Assembly (NCBI GenBank): GCA_977016875.1
Contig: CDRNST010000102.1
Span: forward strand, 806,001 to 870,000
DNA length: 64,000 bases
Direction: 5' to 3'
Origin: Pavona decussata
Lineage: Eukaryota
The position numbers and the translations under genes are program-made. This document shows, piece after piece, positions 38,801 through 47,800 of this stretch. Within the stretch, counting starts at the first letter, position 1; the number at the start of each line of letters is the position of its first letter. A model generated the notes under the pieces. That model ran no database searches. It was not told the DNA's origin and saw only the letters and a list, made by a program, of their open reading frames with translations.

Positions 38801-41800
38801 GGTGCCAGAAAAAGTACGGTATACGGACGGCACGGTGAAAGTTGTCATCTCCGATGTTAATGACAACGCTCCGTCATTTAACACGTCATCAATTGTCGCC
38901 AACGTTTCAGAGGATGTCAATGTTGGTGGCGTCATCATCACGCTTCAAGCTAATGACCCGGATGAGGGATTGAACAGTGAACTTCGTTATTCAATAACAA
39001 GCGGAAATGACGCTGGAATGTTTACTGTGGACAGTGTATCAGGGGAAGTAAAAGTAAATGTGTCATGTGATCTGGAAAAAGTGCCTAGGCCCGATTTAAT
39101 TTATTCCTTGAACATATTTGTTCAAGACCTTGGAACTCCAGAGAGCCTAAACACGAGTTTAGTGCTCAATATCAGCATCACTGCTGCCAATGAATTTACC
39201 CCGCAGCTTCTTCATGGCTCCTCGTTCAACTTTAGCTTTGCTGAGAATGCAGCTGTTGGTGATGGTGTTGTTGTGGTGCAGGTGAATGCTACAGACCAGG
39301 ACTATGGTGACCAAGGAAGAGTGTCTTATGTTATTAATTCAGGTAGGAATAAATCAATACGGCGGGGTTTTTTTTCTATTTCCCGCGCCCGATCTAGGGC
39401 TGCACAAAAATGCAGTTATTTGGGGTTCTTGGTTTCAATCCACAAATATGGTCAAAAGAAACCTATTTTCAAAGTATGGTACCTTCCGAAAGACCTTCCA
39501 TCAAGATTGGTCTCTTGGGGGATCCCAAGCCCAGACTCGATAGGGTGCAAAAGGCAGAGGGATCCTGGGTTGCTCGGTGTTAATCAACTATTAAAAAGAA
39601 AGTTAGTGGTCCGTCGACTCTTGAGACACCACAACTGGTCTCCTTGGGGTACCCGAGCCTGGATTTAGGTTGTAAAAAATGCCCTAACAGGACACAGGGG
39701 CTTCTGGTACTCAGATTTATCACGGGTTTCCTGCGAAAATGACTAAATGAAGCGTCAAGTGTTTAGAAAGTTCAGTGTGTCGTTTCTAGGTCACTGAAAC
39801 AACAATAAACTATCGTTATCAAGTTTGCCAATATTTATACTTGTGCTCGTGTTCACAGGTAACGACGAAGGCAAATTCAACCTTAGTGCCTCATCTGGTG
39901 AATTGAAACTCGTGGCTACACTCGACTACGAGACCACTCCGTCTTACATCTTGGTGATACACGCGCGTGATAATGACCACGCAGGAAACGTGAAGTTCGC
40001 GGTCTTCATCGTGAACGTGAACGTCTTAGACATGAATGACAACGCCCCTGCATTCTCTCAATCCCAGTACGAGGTGAACGTCGCAGAAGACGCGGTTATC
40101 GGCTCCAGTGTTTTCAAGTTCCTTGCCTCTGATCCCGATGGCGGTTTGAACGGACTCGTTTCTTATTCGCTAGATTTCAGCAATGCCAGCGAGTTCTGGA
40201 GTCTTAACTCGTCTACTGGTGAACTCACTGTTAATGGTAAGATAACGGGAAGAAAGAAGGGGTGATGTCGCGAAATCCACCTTGAAATTGTCGATTTTGG
40301 CATATATTTCATAGCTTAGCAATAAAAAATCTAAGAGTGCTTTCCATTTGCTAGAACTGGCCAGCCAGATCAGTCAGTCGTTGATGAGCTGGTACTACAA
40401 AATCTTGAAAAATAAACACTCCGAAAATGGCACACCGCCGCTATTTTGAAGAAATTGGAAGGACTAGAATAAGACTAAAATAAAACTTATTCTTCAAATT
40501 GGTGCATTCCGTTTACGAACTGACCGATGTGGCCGGCCAGTTCTTACAAATGGAAAGCGTCCTAGGAAATTCTTCTGTTCCTGCAGACTTTTTTGCTACT
40601 TTCAACTGGCGCCTTGATTAACTTCTAAGCTTGTATCTGATAATTAATCGAGTTAGCCCATCTTCGAACAACCGGTAGGTAGGGATAGTGGGAAATTTAA
40701 TTTACTCCCTTTTTCATGATAGATTATGGGGCAGGCAAATGCTTCATGCCAGGATCCTTGTACATCAACTCTAAATTTATATGATACAAGCATCAATTAC
40801 CATGCTTACTGTTAAAGACCTTCTAGAAACAATTCGACAAGGGTGGTCATCACTTTAAGTTGTAATCATACCTTTACTAAAATAATCACAATCCCTGTTT
40901 CCTTTTATTAGCCTCACTTGACATGGACAGCAGACACATTTCCACATGGACGCATACGTTAATCGTTATAGCAAAGGATGCCGGAACACCAATGCTTCAC
41001 TCCAACACTACACTTATAATCCGCGTTCTCCTTACCAACGAATTCGCGCCAAGCTTCGCAGCTTCAGATGTGTCAGTGACGGTCAGTGAAGACATTGCTG
41101 ACGGAAGCGTTATTTACCATGCAAATGCCACTGATGCGGACTTTGGATCAGACGGGGAAATACGATACAGTATTACAAGCGGGAATAACGACCTGAAATT
41201 CTTTATCAATTCCCTCACCGGTAAAATAACCACTCTTGCAGCACTGGACCGTGAGTCTCAAGGCATATATAACCTTGTTGTCGAAGCAAAAGACCAATCA
41301 CAGTCAAGCAAAAAGACAGGAACAACAACTGTTCATTTGAGCTTGAGCGATGTGAATGACAATGCTCCTAGCTTCGCCAACAATTATTACTCTACGGGCG
41401 TAGATGAAAATGTAGCAGTTGGTGGCGAAGTCTTCACCGTTAGAGCCACAGATCCTGATCTTGGAACAAACGGGGACCTTGTCTATTCTATTGCAAGCGG
41501 GAATGACCTGGGTTTCTTCAGCATTGAGTCAAATCAAGGCATCATTCGCGCTGCTAAGACCCTGGATTTAGAGACTCAGAGCCATGCAGCTGGCCGCACT
41601 TACCACTTGGTCATATTTGTTAAGGATCAAGGCTCCCCACATTCCCTTAATAACTCTGTGCCTGTGACTATCACTGTTCAAAGTGTCAATGAATTCCCTC
41701 CCGTCTTGGAACACAGTGATAACCAAGTCGTGGAACTCATCGAAAACGCGACCCTGTCTTCCGCGGTGTTCGATGTGAATGCAACTGATAACGATTATGG

Positions 41801-44800
41801 AGATGAGGGGGTTTTGACTTATTCTATCACTGCTGGAAACAGTTTGGGACATTTTACCATTAACAATGTCACAGGTAGGTGGAGTAACCTTGTGGTTATT
41901 ACAAATTGTAACTTAAACGCAACATCCAGTTTTTTATGAACCTCTTGTCAGTGGTATGTATATAAAGCAACTCTTTTTTTTTTTAACCAATACTGATTTT
42001 TACAGTATCTGTCAAAATATCTGCGCGCTGATTGGCTCGTAGTTATTGTCTACGGTACAGACAATAGATCAGATGTAACGCGAGGGGCTTTTTCAACGGA
42101 AGTTAAAGCCAATTCGGCTTGTACTTTTCCCATGTTATTGTAACAAAAATCGACGGCAGTTTTCTACGGTCTATACTCCTATAGACCATAAAATAACGCC
42201 ATAAAATGTTCAAAACTTGTAGGGCAAGTGAAACCATTCCACTTGAGTTTTGAACATTTTATGACGTCATTTTATGATCTATAAGAGCATAGACCATTGA
42301 AAACTGCCGTCGATTTGTTAAATACAACATCTTTTGATCACAAACTATTATCCTAGCGGGTGTACTACCAAAAAGTACTTATACTCATAATATTTTATTA
42401 TCGCTAGGCGTCATCAGATTGGCGAAGGAGTTGGACTTTGAAACAATCAGTCAACACAACCTGGTAATCACAATAACCGACAACGGTCAGATTTTGAACC
42501 AAAGAAGACAAGTCACTGTTAATGTCCAGGTACGAGTCATCAACATAGACGACGGTGTCAAGTACACAGCCCAGGTCCGAATGTTACAGACATACATTAC
42601 CTCTCCAGTCAATCCTGCTAGTTTGGCTGGCGTTCCTCAGAAGTCTGCTTTGGAAATACGTCTGGTGTACGAAAACGGAACCTCGGTGGACATAACTAAA
42701 GAATTAAACCGCTACACAGTGGATGGCACTTCAAAATCCAACAACCTCTTTAGTGTCGCGACAACTGATGGCACTCCTTTTGTCGTTGCTAACAGTAACG
42801 GTGTGACTGGAATAGGCCAACTTCTTGTTCACGTGACAAACGTCCAGACTGTCGAGGTCAATGTAACCGTCGTAGGGAGCAGCTCCCTTAGTATCAAATC
42901 TGTGACGTACCCTGGCGCTTCTGAAGTCAGTGAACTCAAGCAAATTATCCCTGGACTATTTCAGAGAGTTTTGCTCAAAGTTCTTCTTAACCTGACAAAT
43001 GATCACCAGGTAGACGTTTCCATCTCGGTGAATACCTCGTTTGTTTTGACAAATGCACAGCAAGTTGGAGGTAACTTCCTATTTGGACCTGTTCCACGGA
43101 ACCTTTTCTCGATCTCAGGGAACGGCTTGACTGGCATCGTTTCAATTCAAGTAGCCTTTGCTCAGAGTCTTTATGCGAGTGTCAATCTGACACTGTCTTC
43201 AACAGTCCTTGAAATAGTCGCAATAACCCGTTTTGGCTTGGAAAATGTCAACACGACTCTGAGTGGTATTGCGATGGTGACAACCGCATCGCCGTTTGCC
43301 GAGATGCAAATGAAGGATGGCTCGGTCCATGTTCTCGACAACTTTACAATGTACAGTGGCTTGCTCAGGTTCAACTCTAGCGACCCCGATGTAGCATCAG
43401 TAGATTCAGCTTCTGGTGTTGTTACTCTGCTCTCGGACAGTAGTTCCCCTGTAACCATCACAGCTTTTGTTCTTTCAAATACAAACATAACAGCGACAGT
43501 TGCGGTCTACTGCAATCTGGATCCCGGTGTTGGTGAAGTCGACATCGGGGCCAAAGAAGGGCCAGCTATTCCTTTGCTAGCTGTAAATGAAATTTGGCGA
43601 TTGCCTATAAGGATGAACCCTGGAACACTCGGCATATTAGCCGTGCACGTGGAACTTTGGTTCAGCACTAGCGATGTACGGGTGGATAACGTCATTACCG
43701 ATCTTCCATACTCATTGTCTGGGAATACGGTACATATATTCGGGCCCATCACAGAATCTAATGCACTCTCAGAAAACATCGCCGAGGTTGTGCTGACATC
43801 TCTAAAAAATGGTGTTCCTCAAGTCAATTATCATGCCTTCAGAACAGTTAATAAAGCGCTCACACCCTTGCCTACTAAGTCAGTAAAATCTTGCTCAGAT
43901 GTCGTACGAGGTGATATCGACTTAGATTGCACATTTGACATTGTCGATGTCGCTTTTATCAATGCCTACATTGCTTCCTCCAAGGCTCAATTCACTGACA
44001 GTCTTGGAGCACAGATGAAGGCCGTGTCCTCTTCTCAGAAATCAGCGATGGATGTCAACTGGAACGAAGCAATAGAGAATAACGACGCCATTTTCTTGTC
44101 TTTCATCTTTCTGAAAAAGGCAAAGTTTGTAACAGAACTGACTTACCAGCTTCCCAATCACGAAAGTAGTTCCTCGGACAAGTGTGGCTTACAACTAGCA
44201 ATCAAACTAGCTAACAAAGATGGGTCACCAACCTTGTCTTCGCAAACAGAAGCATACTTCCTCGTTTCGCATTCTGCCGTAAATGTTGCTGAGCAGTTAA
44301 GCAAAACAACGTTTACCGCAGGCACTAAAATAACTGTGCAGGGAAGCACGCCTATACAAGGGCTGATTAAAGCTAAATATGAAGACGGCAATTTCTTCAT
44401 TGCTACTGAGAAGTCAGAGCTAGAAGCAAGCGACGTTGGAGTCTCCATTGTTCAAGATGTTTCCTTCAATGGACTGAAATATATTGCTTCGATGTTTTTG
44501 GCCTCCAATCTTGTATCGACCGGTGCAGTAGATAGTACCTGGGCGAAACGTCAGGCAAGTGACGGCTTCGTACCACAGCGGAAACTACAGTTCTCGGAGT
44601 CCACGGCAAGATGTGTCGATCCGCTTGTCACGGTCAACGTGGAAATTATTTTTGATGGCGATTATGACAAGATCGTCAAGGGCAAAGAAGAGCAGTTTGA
44701 GACGCGTTGCGTTACCACACTATCAGAATATTACCCCGAGACAACTATAACAAATTGCAAGGTCAGAAAAGGAAGCATTTTGGCTTCATTCAACATGACA

Positions 44801-47800
44801 ATGCCTGGATCAAAACAAAATACAACACTCGCTAAACTATGGGAGGATGTTAGCAAAGGTATGACACTCAATTTCAATGGAGCAACAATGACGACCTTAC
44901 CACGCATGCAGGTTGATGGAAAGGATTATTCCAAGACACCTGTGAAGACACCTGAAGATGAAACGCGAATGCCCGTCTACATCATCATCATCGCTTGTGT
45001 GGCAGGCTTTGTCGTGATTTTGATTGTTGTAATCATAATTTACTGCGTCTATTGGCGAAAAGGAAGTACTGGAAAAATCAATCCGTCACCGCCCAACACA
45101 CCAGAGTACAGCGGAAAAGGGCATTTAGAAGTAGAGTCCAAATACGTCACACACAGTGCGAGTCCATCGTTGGTTTCGTTGCCGGCCTGGACTGAAGGCA
45201 CCCCTCAGTTTAAGCGTCCTAGTCCCTCAATGTTAAGGGGCAATGTGGAACCAGCATTTGAAGATAGAGAGGAACATCTCCCGGATTCTCAGGTAACTTC
45301 CTTTTTCTGTTATGAATCTGGGGAAAGGTCATTCCCTAAATGCCATTGACAAGGAACTCACCGCACCCTTTTAATGTTAAAATGCTTCCTTTTAAATATT
45401 TCATTGTTTTCAGGCTTTTAATTCTTTGTTTTATAATTGGTACCTGCCAAAGCGGTACAACCATACCCTATCACCAATCTATTAATACGACCAAAATTAT
45501 ATGGTCTATACGTTTCTTTTTTGAAATTTCTCTGATTAAGAGAAGTTCCCGGTTTGACACAGGGTGCATGTTTTTCCACGCTTGATACCGGTCAAAGTTT
45601 GGCCACGCTTGAAATCAGTTTTACTTATTTCACTGCGCTTGAAATTGGTTACATGTTTACCCGCGCTCCACAACCATCTATGTTTGTTTCCGCTTGATAT
45701 AGACTGTATTGTTTCTTTGCTTGACACTTTTTGCATGTTTAATCTACGATAGACACCATTTTTATGCTCTTCCGCTCCAATTGGGTGATTTATCGCGCTA
45801 AACAACTCTGTTTTTCAGCGGTCGAGTTTTAATTCTGAGATTTTATTACGGCAATTTGTGTTTGCGACCATTGGCCTCTGTACATATTGATTGTTTGTCT
45901 ATCGCATCTTTTCACAGAGACCGACACTATCAAAGGAGGATTCAGGTGACCTCCCAAAGACTCTTCTAGCGTTCCCTGTGGATTCAAATATAAAGCGTCT
46001 CCTAACTCCCATACTTGAACAAAAAGCAATTGTGCCACAATCGCCAGCCTCTTCTCCTGTCGACCAACAACCGCCAAGTGAACCTGATACAGAGTCGACG
46101 GATCGTGAAGAGTCTCCTGACATTGCCTCGACAGCGGCCAGTGTTCAAAGCCCAGCAGTGTCTCCATCTGGATTATGGCCACACTGTGAGGATGCTGGAG
46201 AGACCGAAGCGTTGGACGATACATTTGATGAAGATGGAATGCCCGAGGGTATCAGACAGGAAGCTCTGCTACGTCGACGAAGAGCATCGTCAATAGATTC
46301 TGATCATGAACGAACCTTCTTTTCTGAGATGCCAGGTGTCTTAACGGAACAGAGTAAGTTTTTGGAGTTTTATATTATTCCATAAGCCTTTCCTGTCACC
46401 AGACTGGCCGAAAAAAAAATAGATAGTAGGCACAGGGGTGCAACAGAAAACTCGCGCCGGCGCTAGGAATGACTTGCCTTGACGTGATCCTCCTCGCACC
46501 ATGTGGCACGTAAGGCTGAAACCAGAGTTTTCCATATCTCTCAGTCGGTTGCAATATTCTCGACTTCATTCCATGTCTAAGATGTTGTTTTCATTTCGGC
46601 CGCGATGTCCTCCTCCATGTTTCATCTGCGCAGTCTTTCCTGTTTGATGAATAGTCCTGACGTTTCATAGTAATATGGTAATCTGCTATTATGGGGTTGC
46701 TAGCCCACGCGAAATCTTTTCATTACTCGAGATACTGAATCTCTTTAAGGAAAACAAATATGATGTTTAAACGTGGTTTTATTGTTCTAAAGCTAGCGCA
46801 AAACTCCGCCGTAATTCACTTACCACTAGACAGTGTCCTTGTCGTTGAAACCTGAACCTCAAATGTCAAACGGGACGGCAGGATTGGAGTCACTTGACGT
46901 TTAGACGTTTGCAGTTTGCGGGAAACGAGGAAAAACTTCAATCTTTAAGTCCCTATTGTTATTTTTCTTCCTGCAGGCTCCAATGTACAGCGAACTAAGA
47001 TGCAAGTCAAGGTAGTACGCCCCAATCCCGAGTTGGGCGTCCTTGCACACATGGCCGGAGTAGTCGACGTCAATCTATCCGGGACCTTAGATGAAATGCG
47101 CCAAGACATCAACCGTGTGTTGCCTGGATACCTCGGCTCAGTTAGATATTTGCTGTTATCACGCAATTTCAAGATTATTGACCCAAGGACAGAGAATCAG
47201 CTAGTTGTATCGGCGGTATATAAGAAGTCAATTTATGTGAAAGTGTTCCACGGTGCAGGTGAGTGAGCTGATTAACAATTGTTTACTCCTTAGAAGCGCT
47301 TTAACTTTAATACAGGACCGGTTGGTGATATCAACTTTTCACGTGTTTTTCTTTTTTAACCATTTTTGAATATCCCAAAGTGTTTCATATATATTAAAAG
47401 AAAAGTTCAAGGCATGGCCTTAGCTCCCACGAGTCCCCCACGAGTCTCCCGTAGGTTCGACTCCTGATAGGACCACTCGGATTTCCTTTTTCCGAGTATG
47501 CCGGATTCCTAAAAATATAGTATCTTGAAATGGCTCCTTTCCAAAATTGCAAAAAGACAAGTTGTTGTGAACTTCCCTGTATAAAATAAGCTCTCTGTTG
47601 TTGGCGTATATTAAAAACTAACACTGCCTTTCATTTGTCGTGACAGAAAACTGCGAGTATTTCTGCCAGTGTGGCAAGGTGGCGTATATCTGGTGCCCAA
47701 GGTGTAACGTTCAGGGGTACTGTGGGGAAGATTGTCGCGGGCGAGATGAGAGCGAGCATGCAAAGCTGTGCAGCAGTAACAGAGAAAGAGCCATGCAGGG

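Noticed and set aside
39343-39668. C-terminal extension of the 396-aa cadherin ORF
   Set aside because: Read-through past the G/GTAGGA donor; the cadherin repeat continues correctly in exon 23
42408-45292. Bacterial contamination or recent horizontal transfer as the source of the cohesin-dockerin exon
   Set aside because: The exon has canonical splice sites, begins inside a cadherin repeat and resembles neighbouring exons in composition; ancient transfer is not excluded
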